Positions 48,946 to 60,226 of a stretch of 64,000 nt of DNA are shown in pieces. The notes beneath the pieces were generated by a model, which saw only the letters and a program-made list of their open reading frames with translations, made no database searches and had not been told where the DNA came from. The stretch is from NCBI GenBank assembly GCA_964187785.1, contig OZ076410.1, positions 53,630,001-53,694,000 on the forward strand. The letters run 5' to 3'. Source of the DNA: Amphiscolops sp. MND2022 (lineage: Eukaryota). How positions within the stretch are numbered: the first letter of the stretch is position 1; the number at the start of each line of letters is the position of its first letter. The position numbers and the translations under genes are program-made.

Positions 48946-49640
48946 TCAGCTTGCTCTTGGTAATTTGAGATATTGGCAACATGTCTCTTTTAAAGTTTTA
49001 CGCTGGTTGAATACTTCCAGAAGCATCAAAGCTTCGCAAGCTTTGCCATAGTCGACTTTAACTGTGTACCACTGATCTCCTGCAATCGGCAGCACGTAGT
49101 CAAACATTCTGTTGTTGCAACCGAAGCCTAAAAGTGCTTGGTCCAGATCGATCGCCAGGATGAATTCCAAAACTCCCCTGTTGTTACCCCTCCGAACCAA
49201 GCATCATCAAGTTGATCCATCACTTCTTCAATTGGTAAAAACTTCACAGAGAAATCGTTCTTCGTCACAACATGTTGGGAAATATTCCACATGTAACGGA
49301 GGCCCGGCGAATTTGGAGACATTGTTTCCAAACCAAATGACAGCCGACTGTCTCCGAGAACAATTGCCGGATGATTCTCTGTTTTGATGAGAACTTTGAA
49401 CACACGAACACCTTTATTTAAATCTTGCGTAGACATTAAGTTGAATGTTCTAGCGGTACCTTCGTAATACATTTCATCGTCATCGTCAGAATCAAGCCTG
49501 TTGAATAAATTTTCGAAGTCAGCACGAACTTCCGATTGGTCAACCCCAACAACTGTGTTTTGGAAACCTCTTTTGTTATAAATATCCAGCCTTGCCGAAG
49601 TCTTCCATTCTACAGGCTCAGTGCGAGCAGTTGTACTCAA
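48946..49640 (-). pseudogene. First Polinton ORF downstream of the regulatory arrays, unknown function, frameshifted
   Basis: ORFs 49128-49640 and 48946-49200 overlap in different frames. Confidence 0.4.
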
Positions 49641-49908
49641 AAAACCATCGAAGCGACTGCGTTTTCTGATCTCCGCTTCTGTTTCAATGTCGGGCTATCT
49701 TAACAGGCGCACTCTGGCTTCACACCCAAGGAAAACGTCGCTGTCGTAATATGGAAAAACTCTGACGTGATGACACAAATTGACACAGCCTCGCTTAGAG
49801 TAATCATATAGATCTTGCTGGACAACTCGGTTGGAACTAAATTTTGCTACCTAAACGTCAAAGCTCTTATGTCACTTTCATAACAACTATAGAGGTGTTC
49901 AACAGGGA

Positions 49909-50485
49909 GCAGTAGGGTTGGTCAAAAAAGATTTTAGGTGTCAAAAACGTGTTTTTTCAACTTTTCAACGTTTTTATGCAATTTTGAGACAAAAAAAATT
50001 TTGACCAAAAAAATGTTTCCGTACCCTCGCATAACCCCTCACAGGGTGTACCGTATGCAGTAGGGTTGGGCAACAAAAATTTTTGGTGTCAAAAACGTGT
50101 TTGTTCAACTTTTTCAACGTTTTTATGCAATTTTGAGACAAAAAAAATTTTTGACCAAAAAAATTTTTCCGGACTATCACATCATCCCTCACAGGGGGTA
50201 CCCTATGAAGTAGGGTGGGGGAAAACAATTTGGCGTCAAAAACGTGTTTTTTTCAATTTTTTCAACGTTTTTATGCAATTTTGATACAAAAAAATTTTTG
50301 AACAAAAACATTTTTCCGGACCCTCACATCACCCCTCACATGGGGTACCCTATGCAGTAGGGTTGGGCAAAAAAAATTTTTGGAGTCAAAAACGTGTTTT
50401 TTCAACTTTTTCAACGTTTTTATGCAATTTTGAGACAAAAATTTTTGATCAAACCCTATGCAGTAGGGTTGGGCAAAAAAAGGTG
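49909..50485. repeat. ~148-bp tandem repeat, ~4 units
   Basis: Unit anchor G(C/A)AGTAGGGT at 49909, 50057, 50207, 50354 and 50460 (last unit shortened). Confidence 0.92.
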
Positions 50486-50549
50486 ATGGGTTATTCCGTA
50501 TGATACAGAAATTTTAAGTGGGATTTTTTGTTAGAAAATCTAGCTACAA

Positions 50550-51117
50550 TTTTTCCCGCGCCGCGGGGGAAAAATTCAGTTGTTTGTAAGAAAGTTCAGG
50601 CTCAAAACTTTCCCGCGCGGCGCGGGAAAAGCTCAGTTGGGGTTGTGTGTTACAAAATCAAGGCACAAACATTTTCACGCGCGGCGCGGGAAATATTTAG
50701 ATGACTGTTTGTTATAAGTCTAGGCAGAAACTTTTTCCCGCGCGGCAAGGGAAATGTTTAGATGATTGTTTGTTATAAATCTAGGCAGAAATTTTTTCCC
50801 GCGCGGCGCGGGAAATCTTTAGTTGATTGTTTGTTAAAATTCTAGGCAGAAAATTTTTCCCGCGCGGCGCGGGAAATATTTAGATGATTGTTTGTTATAA
50901 ATCTAGGCAGAAACTTTTTTCCGCGCGGCGCGGAAAATATTTAGTTGATTGTTTGTTAATATTCTAGGCAGAAAAATTTTCCCGCGCGGCGCGGGTAATT
51001 CGAATGAAGGGATGCTTTCCCGCGCGGCGCGGGAAATTAAAATGAAGAGCTCTTCATTTTAATTTCCCGCGCCGCGCGGGAAAATGGTGCGACCTTTTCC
51101 CGCGCGGCGCGGGAAAT
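50550..51117. repeat. Array of palindromic TTTCCCGCGCGGCGCGGGAAA motifs, including ~61-bp tandem units
   Basis: 11 copies counted, six of them spaced ~61 bp apart; includes a perfect 68-bp palindrome at 51016-51083. Confidence 0.92.
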
Positions 51118-51133
51118 CCAGTTAAGAACGTTT

Positions 51134-51502
51134 TTAACTTATATTTCTATTAATATTGTACTCAACAGCGTGTCTGTTTTTCCAGACAAATATTAGTTTG
51201 AACGTTGTAAAATTAAGAAACTTACTACTCGGTGCAACCTTCTGGATATCGATTTCACAGTTTAGTTTTGAAAAAGTGCTTATGGAATGTCGCTCAGATC
51301 TTATATTAACCGTCATTTTTACGACAAATCTTACCTCGGTCAGAGAAGCTAGATCATTTTCATCGGGGTACACTGTCTCCTCTGGTGGCAGAACTGTTGC
51401 CAGATTCAGAATGGCCGAGTCTGATGTTGCAGAATCAATAACGCTGCAAAAAGTATTTTTGTATTTCAATACGTCTATTAGGCTCAATCGAGGAAAAAAC
51501 AA
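51134..51502 (-). CDS. Hypothetical 122-aa ORF between the two motif arrays
   Basis: Open ORF with a (GA)n tract upstream near 51865-51882; no motif recognised. Confidence 0.25.
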   Translation of the reverse strand: MFFPRLSLIDVLKYKNTFCSVIDSATSDSAILNLATVLPPEETVYPDENDLASLTEVRFVVKMTVNIRSERHSISTFSKLNCEIDIQKVAPSSKFLNFTTFKLIFVWKNRHAVEYNINRNIS

Positions 51503-52035
51503 AAAAATCCCAAAGTATTTGAAGAAACCAAACTCACATCGATAGCTCAGGGTCGTCTTCCGTTCGAGGTGTATTTAAAAGGCTCAAATCCAAGCTGCTG
51601 AGGGAGTTGCTGGTGCTGCTGATATCGTTGTTGAGAGACATTGTCTAATGTGGAATTTCAACTTAGATGTGCTACAATTTTGTTGATTAAGTTACAAAAA
51701 AATGCGAGTCAATTTCTGAACTATGTGTTTTCTAATTTTTTGAAACTCTAATCAACAACAATTTGCAGTTTATCTCGGTTGAAATCCCACTGTAGTTTTT
51801 GATCGAGAAATTGAGGTAGAGTTGGAGAGAAGAAAGAGAGAATCAAGTCAACTACTGGAGACAAAAGAGAGAGAGAGAGAGAAAGATTGTGGTAAAGAGA
51901 AAAGCGGTGAGTTCGAGCAAAGTGAGAGTGCGTTTAAACGTTAGCAAGAAAGGTGAAGTACTGAGCTGTTGTAGCGTTTGATTACTCTATGTAGTTCGTA
52001 GCTCAAATTCAATTAGTTGATAAGAAACGACAAAA

Positions 52036-52228
52036 TTTTTCCCGCACGGCGCGGAAAAATATTTGCTAGTGCGGATAAATTCCCGCGCGGCGCGGGAATT
52101 TGCTGTTCGGGCAAACAATTTTCCGCGCCGCGCAGGAAATTGTTGTTCGTGTGTATTATTGATTCATTTTGTTACTCATAAAAGCCATTATGCCGTAGTA
52201 GTACACATCCCCGCGCCGCGCTGGAAAT
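52036..52228. repeat. Second cluster of the same palindromic motif (4 degenerate copies)
   Basis: Copies at ~52036, ~52079, ~52119 and ~52209. Confidence 0.85.
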
Positions 52229-52279
52229 TACTATAATAGTTTGTCTTTGAAGTTCCAATTTGTAAATGAACCAGAAATG

Positions 52280-52353
52280 AAATTGTTTATTAGCCTTTTA
52301 TACTGGTTCATAAATGTTATTAGTACCTGGTTTATTCGCAGTTGTATTCTTCT
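52280..52353 (-). repeat. Polinton right TIR
   Basis: Ends ...GCAGTTGTATTCTTCT and is followed by the TSD GTGGTT. Confidence 0.88.
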
Positions 52354-52359
52354 GTGGTT
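52354..52359 (+). repeat. Polinton target-site duplication, right (GTGGTT)
   Basis: Identical to 30876-30881. Confidence 0.92.
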
Positions 52360-53149
52360 TCTAGTGGTGGTACCACTCCTCGTTCTTTGCTGTCGTACGT
52401 TTTCTCCACGGTGATTACAACGTGGTGCACTAAGGGAGAAACGTATTTCTTCTCCATTGAATTGCTAGGATTGCATATCGCGGGTGGCTGTGTCCAGGTG
52501 CTCGCGTAGTTAAGGGTTCGCAGGCAGGGTCGTTCACTCCCCGGGCCAATCGATGGTCCGGTGTTTCGCTCATGACTAGATTGACACAACTGCAGTCACG
52601 GGAACCGCAGGTTCCACACCTGTATCGTGGTGCTCTGTTTCTTCTCAACTGATAACGTTGTGTTTGCGAACGGGTTGCCTGTTCAGTATTTTGCTGGGTT
52701 GATGATTGGCTCTCTGGAATGTTGAGTAAGTTCATTGCTCGTTCCAGAGTTCCTGCGTGACGGAGCTCTGGTCCTGGTCCTGGTTCGAGTTCTCGGGCCT
52801 CTTCTTGACCTGGCTGCTGGTCCTCTCCAGGTCGCGGTGGTCTTACTTTAGGAATTGCTACTTCCCCTTTTGCGGCCTGGTGGCTGGCCTCTTGGTCGAC
52901 CTCTTCTGTGTGTTGCTCTGTCTGGTGTCGGTGACTGGGTTGGTATCAGGGACTTGGTCATCCGCGTTAATATCTTCCTGTAGTTCGTTCAGGGGGCTGT
53001 GGGTCTTTAGTGCTCCCAAGTTGGGAACTGAATAGTGGAAGTTACTGAGAGTATCGGCTAGGGATGGGGAAACTTGTCTGGTTAGTTCTAACTCGAACAA
53101 TGCCTATGACAGCTGTTCCGGCAGGAAAGAGTCTCGCGAGATGTCAGAC

Positions 53150-54400
53150 GCTATTTCTCTGTGACTCTCTTTGACATAAGGATCAGCTATGACGGCTACG
53201 TTCTGATCCGGCCCAAAGGGCTGATGTGCTGCCCAGTCCCATGGTGCCGGGACTTGCTTTTTTTTGCTCGAAATTGACCTTTTGGCCAGTGTCCAACACG
53301 TATAAGCGTCCCATTTGCATGACTTTGCGGGGACCGCACCAAGCGCGAAATAGTTTGCGGGTGCCTCGTTTTGGTATTATATGGCAAAATACCCAACCTG
53401 CATCGCCTACTGCATGCGCTTTCGCTTTTAGATGTTTGTCAAGTTTTGCTTTTGCCCCAACTGTGCCAGAAGTGTATTCCTACGAACCAACTCGTGAATT
53501 TTTTGTTGTCTGACTAATAGGTGCTATACGAACTCTTCCTTAGACTCAAAACCTCGCGCTGTAAATTCAGGGTTTATGATCGATAAAGGAATCGTTTTTT
53601 AGCTCCATGTTGGAGCATGTAGCGCGAAACTCCTGTTGTTGCATGGCGGGTCGAGTTGTAAGCGCCCAAGACTCCATCTATGTCCTCGTCCCAATCTTGC
53701 AACCTGCGCAATGTATAGACTCAAAGTGAGGAGTGTTCGATTTTGTCGTTCCACGAGTCCATCTCCTCTTGGGTGAGCAGGGGTGGATGTGACTTTAGTG
53801 ACTTCCGACACCTTCTTGAGTTCTTGTGCTATCTCTGCTGTAAACTTGGTCGCGTTGTCAGATTGCACCCTAGCTGGAGTGACATGCCTGGCGAACCATT
53901 TGTTTAGGATTATCTTCGATGTCGTTTGTGCGTCTTTCATTGTGGGCACACGGAATTGCTTCAGCAAACTTCGTGAAGTGATCTATAGTGACTAGTAGTA
54001 CTGTATTTCCTGTCTCAGTTTAGGTAGTCGAATTGTACTAGTCATTGAAGTTGCTGCTGTTGACGCTTTGTAGAGGAAAGCAGGGGTTCCCAGCTGGGTG
54101 CTTGGATTGATGTCATGTTAAGCTCTGCTTGATATGATTTACCACATCACGCTCGATGCCTGGCTAGGTGTATCTCTTATGTATTCTCGCTAGCTTTTCC
54201 CCTACGCCCTGTTGTCCTGATTCATCGTGCACTCTATAAAGGATTTTATGTTTGTATAGTTGAGGCATGACGATCATGCACGGTCGCACGTGTAGTGCAC
54301 GCTGTTGCGGAACGTAATTGACGCATTGAATGTCATCGGGATCCAAGTAAAGTAGGTCTTTCTTCTGATGGTAATAACGCTTCGCGAAGTCCTGCACATC
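53150..54400 (-). pseudogene. Gypsy-2 integrase
   Basis: VHDESGQQG (HHCC region), VQSDNATKF and STPAHPRGDGLVERQNRTL. Confidence 0.88.
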
Positions 54401-54895
54401 CTCTGGAAAGAACGAGTCTTCTAGAATCTCGCTGTTTATTAGCTTCTTTAGTTGTTCATTAGCTTCTTTAGTGTCAGAAGGTGGACATCTCGGAGTTGAG
54501 CTGAGTGTATTTCTTTCAGACCGTGCTTGGTCAGCTGGTGTTCGTTTAGCTCAATTACTACCTTTCTAAAGACTTCTCTGCTTGATCTTGGCATGTGATG
54601 GGCTAACTGCGCAAAATTTGATCGTTTTACGCTGTGTCCAGTCGTGCCGGTGGCACTTTTTAGGTTATACTAAGAATGCGATTCGGCGTGTCGTCTTCGT
54701 CAAGTGTCGGAGTCATTTCCCATTGTACTTCTGGACACCATGGAATGGTTCGTTAGATTAAACTGGAAGTCGTGCTCGAGCTTCTGCTGCGAGGTCTGGA
54801 TGATCTGGTATTAGTCGTTCATATTTATCGAAGTATGGTACCGTGGGAAGCTCTTCGTAATCTATTTGTGTCATGAAGCTGAAAACCCTGCTCAC

Positions 54896-55122
54896 TGAGT
54901 CATATATTGTTAATAATGTGAAGAATCCACAAAACGTTTTCCTCATTTCTTGAAAATTTCATTTTTGCACTACTAATATTATTGTCTGAATTCTTCCGTC
55001 CAACTGGCGGCACTTTGAAGTTCACTTTTTCCTCATTTCTATAAAACACATTTTGGTAGTAGCAAAAGCCAATTTTCCTGAAATCTTGAAAAACACAAAG
55101 TTCCCTGTTTGGCGTCGTAATG
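54896..55122. mobile_element. 227-bp AT-rich insertion in Gypsy-2 pol, flanked by a CAC duplication
   Basis: Removing it restores TLPEV-SRVFSFM continuity; CAC at 54893-54895 and 55123-55125; no TIR seen. Confidence 0.6.
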
Positions 55123-55125
55123 CAC

Positions 55126-55665
55126 CTCTGGTAACGTGTCAATGATCCTTTTTCAGTGCACCTAGTCGTTAGTTCTTTTACTAAGGCTATCAGCGTTTCG
55201 ATGCTGTGTGCGGTGTCGGTGGACTGTCTTGAGGTGATATTGGGCGAGACACGCAAGCTAGTGTCCAATCATGGCTTGGTCCATGGAGTAAATTTTCAAC
55301 CACGAAGAAGCCTGGTTATCCACGCGAATCGTGAAGTCTTGACCTGCTAGGTACAAAAGGAATTTTTCAAGGAAGTAAAATACTGCGTACACCAGTGACT
55401 TGCTGCCATAAACAATGGGTCGTGGGATGGTTTTTCCGTTGTGTTCTTGCTCTTGGTGCAGAATTCCGTCTATGGCTACTGCAGTGACATCCGTACGTCC
55501 TTCATCGTTCGGCGCAGCCAAAGCAGTAGCTTCAACTACTGCTTGCTTCACTGAATTAAACGCTTCCTGATGCTTCTCATTCCGGTAGAAGTGCTGATTC
55601 TTTGTGGGTAGTTCCTGCATAGGTTGTGCATGGCAGCATGGAACGGGATGAAGTCCCGGTAGCAA
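55126..55665 (-). pseudogene. Gypsy-2 RNase H
   Basis: TDVTAVAIDGILHQ, RPIVYGS, FTIRVDNQ and HRNADSLS; internal deletions. Confidence 0.85.
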
Positions 55666-55739
55666 TTGGCAAACCCCAGAAACCTTTGTAGTTCCCCTTT
55701 ATTCCTTGGAGAGATCCACTCTTGGATCTTGCTTACTGC

Positions 55740-56568
55740 TTATGGATCTGGCTTGATGCCTTCAACTGAAACTACTCGTCCCGGGTATTTAGTCTCAGTG
55801 TGCATGAAATTGCATTTTTCGGCCCCGATCTTGAAACCCGCCTCTCTGAGACTTTCGAACACTTGTTTTATCCTTACTATGTGATCTTCAATAGTTTCGG
55901 TAGCGATGACGATGTCGTCAGTGTTGGCATGACGACACCCCCGTGTCGCTGCTTGATCTTTTGTGAGGCTCTGGTGTGGATCGCCGGAATGTTGCTGATG
56001 CATTGCATAGCCCGAAAGGCATGCGTCGCCCTTCGAATAAACCTAATTAGCAGGGTAATGCCGTCTTTCGTCTATCACTCTTTTTCAATGATATTGGCCA
56101 GAAGGCCCATGCTAAGTCAATGCTCGTGAAGATTTTCGCATTGCCAATTCTGGAAATGCTTTCATCTATCCTGGGCAATGCAAACGCGTCTTTCACTGTT
56201 ACATTGCTTAGCGACCGGAAGTCACAGCAAAGGCGAACTTCCCCATATTTCTTTTTCACCGTGACAATTCCACTGGCCCATGGCGAGTAGGAGGGTTGTA
56301 TCAGACCTGTTTCTAGTAGGTTCTGTACTTCATGGTTCGCTTTAGCCGTCTTGTCGGTAGACATGCGTCTTGCCCATTCCCTTGGAAGTATAGCCTCTGG
56401 CTCTAGTTCGATGCGATGTTTCGCAATTTTGCAACTCCCAATGTCGGGTTTATGTTTCACGAATAAGTCATCGTACTCATATAAAACGCTTGCTAGTTGG
56501 TCCCTTGCCTCTTTTCCCCAGAAAGTAAAAACGGAAGAGAGGTCTGGGCCAGGAATTGTTTGTACCAA
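55740..56568 (-). pseudogene. Gypsy-2 reverse transcriptase
   Basis: SPWASGIVTVKKK, RLCCDFRSL, DAFALPRID and SIDLAWAFW; YxDD mutated to NTDD. Confidence 0.92.
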
Positions 56569-56618
56569 TTGACAATCAATTCTCGCACGTTTTTTGTTTT
56601 CTGATAGGCCTTCTCTAA

Positions 56619-57713
56619 CTAACGAATATGGTTAGTTTGTTCAAATGGAAGTGCCGAGGCTTCACCTCGTTGTTGAACAAAAATTGGTTCGAACACAAAA
56701 GTTGACAATTCAGCTTTACCAATGACAATTTTTTTCTTGACGACGACATTGTCGGTGGCAGTCTTTATTATGAGGGAGAGGGAGACTGTTCCATTGTCTC
56801 TGACGAACTTCAAGGTGTCTTCTGAAACAAATGGGCACATGGTGTGCACCCCACAGGGGCGGATCAATACGTTGCTAAATCGGAACTCCTTGGCGTGCTG
56901 GGATATTACCTGGGCCCTTACTAACTTCCGTTCGAACGGACCTAGGGTTATCTCTTCGGTGGACACAACAAAGAATGGGTCTTGGTTACTAACCTCGTGC
57001 ACGGGCTTGAATTGTCGTGGAGGTTTTGATTCTCTGATGGTAACCCTCATGGCCGCGATGTCCACCAAAACATTGTATGTTCGCAAAAAGTTGTGGCCCA
57101 GTAGGAAATCCTCTGCACCCAAATGGTCGGCGATAAGAATGAAGTTGGTTTTTAGCGTGTGGCCCCCCAGTTGGAAGCCTATGTCTTCAGCAATGCCGTT
57201 TGAAGCATAAAGCCAGATGTCGTATGACAGGAGGCTGAGAGCATGAGAGGAGGTAATTTTTGATGAGCGCTCAGGGACAATGGAAACTCCTGAACCGGTG
57301 TCGATCATTCCGTACAAAGGAATGAATTCCTGGAAGGTTGTGCCAAAGCCAAGTACCAAGGATGTCCTTTCATATTTGCGAGCTTCCCCTTGTGGGTCCT
57401 GCACGCCAATGTTATAACATCGCAACTCTTGGCGGCCCAGATATAATCCTTCCGGGAAGTCTGATTGTAGGACGACTATCGCGTCGAAGTTCAAATTAAC
57501 GCCATCGACGTTGATAACATCCGGGACGAGTGGAATTGTTTTCACTTTTTGGCTTGGTGCCCACTTCGGTTCGTCGTCTCTAATGGAAAGGGGAAGTGGC
57601 CTGGAGGCTAATCTATACCTAGTGTTTCCACACAATTCTTCCTTCATTTCGGCTAGAGTTAGTCCTCGGCGCGACTTCTGTTCTGCTATTAGCAGCAAGT
57701 GGATGGAAATCAA
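56619..57713 (-). pseudogene. Gypsy-2 aspartic protease region
   Basis: MIDTGSGVSIV active-site motif and FLLGHNFL. Confidence 0.85.
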
Positions 57714-57839
57714 AGTTTCCGTCCAATCTGGAGCGAGTTTTTCTAATGTGGTGAGTCAGAGATGATTATGACCGGGCGCGATGGCCCTCCGGCATCGGCT
57801 ACAGAAATTACACTCACTTGATCGTCCGACTCCACATCG

Positions 57840-60226
57840 TCAAAACGAGCAGGGGAGGGAGCGTACCACGTCGCTCCTAATTGGTCCTCTTGCCCGCACT
57901 TTCTCAGGCGCCATGCACTCAGATGCAGAAAACCTTGTGCGACCACAGTTGATACAAAAAGCTATAGTTTCTTGCACCGGCAATTCCGCTGGGATCGCAT
58001 CGTGATTCATACCATGTGGTTTTGAAGGACATGTCCCTCCTGCAGTAGGGTTGGTGTTGCAAGAATTCACTTGCTGCAGCACGGGCTTCTGCGCGAGATC
58101 TTCCAGCAGACAATCAATGACAAAGTGTGACGGTTCTCTGCAATCAAAGCATGCTGGATGTTGTTGCTGCCTATTGTCCCCAGGCTGTTGAGGTGGTTGC
58201 GGGGAATTGGGCGCTGACGGGGCTCAGCAGATGTCTGTTTTTGTTGGTTGGCGGATGCTGACTGTTGTTGCTGAAGTGGTATAGGTTAATTTTCGGAACG
58301 GGAGGAATCACGCATGCGTAGGTACTGCTGAACCATTCTACTGTTGGCGGTGCCTCAACGTATTGTTCCTGTGCATACATAAGTGCTAGGTTCTGTTCCA
58401 GCTCATTGTATCTCACTTCTTCAGTGAACTTCTGCATCATTTCGTAACGTCTCACCGCTACCTCTTAGTTCGGGAAACCTTGGGTACGTACGCCCTCGAG
58501 GGCATTGAGGTATTGCATGTAATCCTCGTCACTATTCTGGTTGCGCGGACGGAATTGCTGTTGAATGTGGATCTTATTTGATCTCGTGCCGAATCTTCGT
58601 GCGAGTATTGCGAATACTTTTTCATCGGATTCCCTTTCGGCCTCTACCTTGTTGTTGATGTATTCTCTCGTTTCGGTCTCTAAAATCTCAATTATGGTCC
58701 ACGCTTTATCGAGACGGGTAGTTTTCGCATGTGTCTTTTCTAGATGCCGCTTCATTAACATCATCCAGCCATCGGCAATTCCGTCTCGGGCACCTCTATA
58801 CTTTGTTGGCTTGTTCCTTGTATCGCTGGCCGCTAGTAGTGGTTCTAAACCTTTAGACATGTCTGTTGAAATTGCTTCTGCTAATGCTTGTCGTTGCACA
58901 GTTCTTGGAGTGCCTGCAACATCGTCTTTGGCTTCTGTATCGTCTTGGCTCAGGGCTAAGTTTCTTTTTGCGTTGACTTTCCGCTGAGCGCTAGAGGCCA
59001 CTGGCCGCGGAGTAATTTCTCTGAAGGAAAACGTCGGTGGGTTGGTGTTTGCAGTAGACGCTAACGTTGAAATTTAGTCAGATTTTCTTGTGGTCAGACC
59101 ACTCGTTGCGTAGTAGTAGTCTCCTGTCGTCGGGCACCACGGGCAATTGGATCAATTGATGAAAAGTCTGTCATTGGGTCAGTTCCCGCGTCGCGCGATT
59201 TGGTATGCATCACTTTCCCCATCTTGTTCGCCTTGGTAGGCTCACTTCTGTAAGTTGCAGGCGGTATCAGCTTGGGCTGCTTGACTTGTTTTCCATTGGG
59301 TTGAGCTACTTTCCTATACGTGGTTTGCACTGGGGGAGGTGCTGCAGTGGTTGAGGGCATGCTCGCCGAGTTCTGTGCCACCGCTATTGGTGAAGGGGGC
59401 GTCTGCGCTGCAGCGGTTTGAGGTACTGCCGCTCTGACAACTAAGGTTAGGCCTTGCGTGGTGGTCATCAGCTCCACCATGCGGTTGTTGGCATCAGAAT
59501 CCTGACGTTGCATGAGTTCGGACATGGTTTCAGGCGTTCGTCTGCATGGCGATCCCTCTCTTTCATGATGGCTGTCATCTGAGACATGCGTGTATCGACT
59601 AGATTATCGCGTTGTCAAATCAGATCATTGATTGTGGCTATCGACGCTTCTAATCTTTCTTGACTCATGCGTCCTTCAGCTTGTATTTCTTTGAGTCCTC
59701 TTCGCATTTCGTCCATGTCCCTCATGATCGCATCATCCCGCAGAGCGTGCTCATTGTTCTCTTCAGCGAGCCGCGATTGCACCTGTGTAAGCTTGGCTAG
59801 GCTTCGTCTAAAATCTTCTCTTATGGCCTTCGGTTCTTTTATGCCTTTAGTGATGGTCGAGTAAGGGGCGTTCGCGCTAATTCTAGAACCCGGTGTATGG
59901 TCCAACTGTTCTGAATCAGCTATGTTGGTACTTGGGCCTGCCACCGGCGGTGTCCGAAACGTGAACCTTAGTGGATTGTCTTTAACAGGGTTTTTCTGCT
60001 TGTCTACTGGCCTAGCTTGTGGGTTAGTCAGTGGAGTGAATCCGTGCAAAAACGGGTTTTCGTTTTCACTGCTAGTTGACGCGTGGGAACCCGATGGTTC
60101 TCTTTGCGTTGTCGCATTTGGGAGCGCCTCCTCAGCTGTTGCGCTTGCAGCTTGTTTGATGTATCCACTCATTGGTGGTAGATTGTTCATTTGAGAACCT
60201 ATTATTGGAATTCGGTCAACAATCAA
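57840..60226 (-). pseudogene. Gypsy-2 gag (disordered N-terminus, capsid domain, two zinc knuckles)
   Basis: QQFRPRNQNSDEDYMQYLNALE; intact CFDCREPSHFVIDC (~58110-58155); degenerate CINCGRTRFSASEC. Confidence 0.8.

Larger units (their letters stand above)
30882..52353 (-). mobile_element. Polinton/Maverick (endogenous adintovirus-like element), 21,472 bp, decayed
   Basis: AG...CT termini, inverted terminal repeats and a 6-bp TSD. Contains pPolB, ATPase, integrase, penton, MCP and adenain protease. Confidence 0.95.

Noticed and set aside
49909-50485. Interstitial telomeric repeat (TAGGGTTGGG)
   Set aside because: A single word per 148-bp unit, not a TTAGGG array.
50600-51000. CRISPR array (palindromic repeats at regular ~61-bp spacing)
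   Set aside because: The intervening segments are homologous to each other rather than unique spacers, there are no cas genes, and the context is eukaryotic.
30882-52353. Prophage or bacterial contamination
   Set aside because: The gene set, rve integrase, AG...CT ends and 6-bp TSD are Polinton hallmarks, and the flanks are eukaryotic retroelements plus an intron-containing GPCR.
54896-55122. Spliceosomal intron in Gypsy pol
   Set aside because: Using the GT and AG gives GAG|TGAGC, one base short of the restored GAGGTGAGC, so splicing would not repair the frame.
54900-55268. 122-aa ORF as a gene
   Set aside because: A chimera of an off-frame RNase H tail and the 227-bp insertion.
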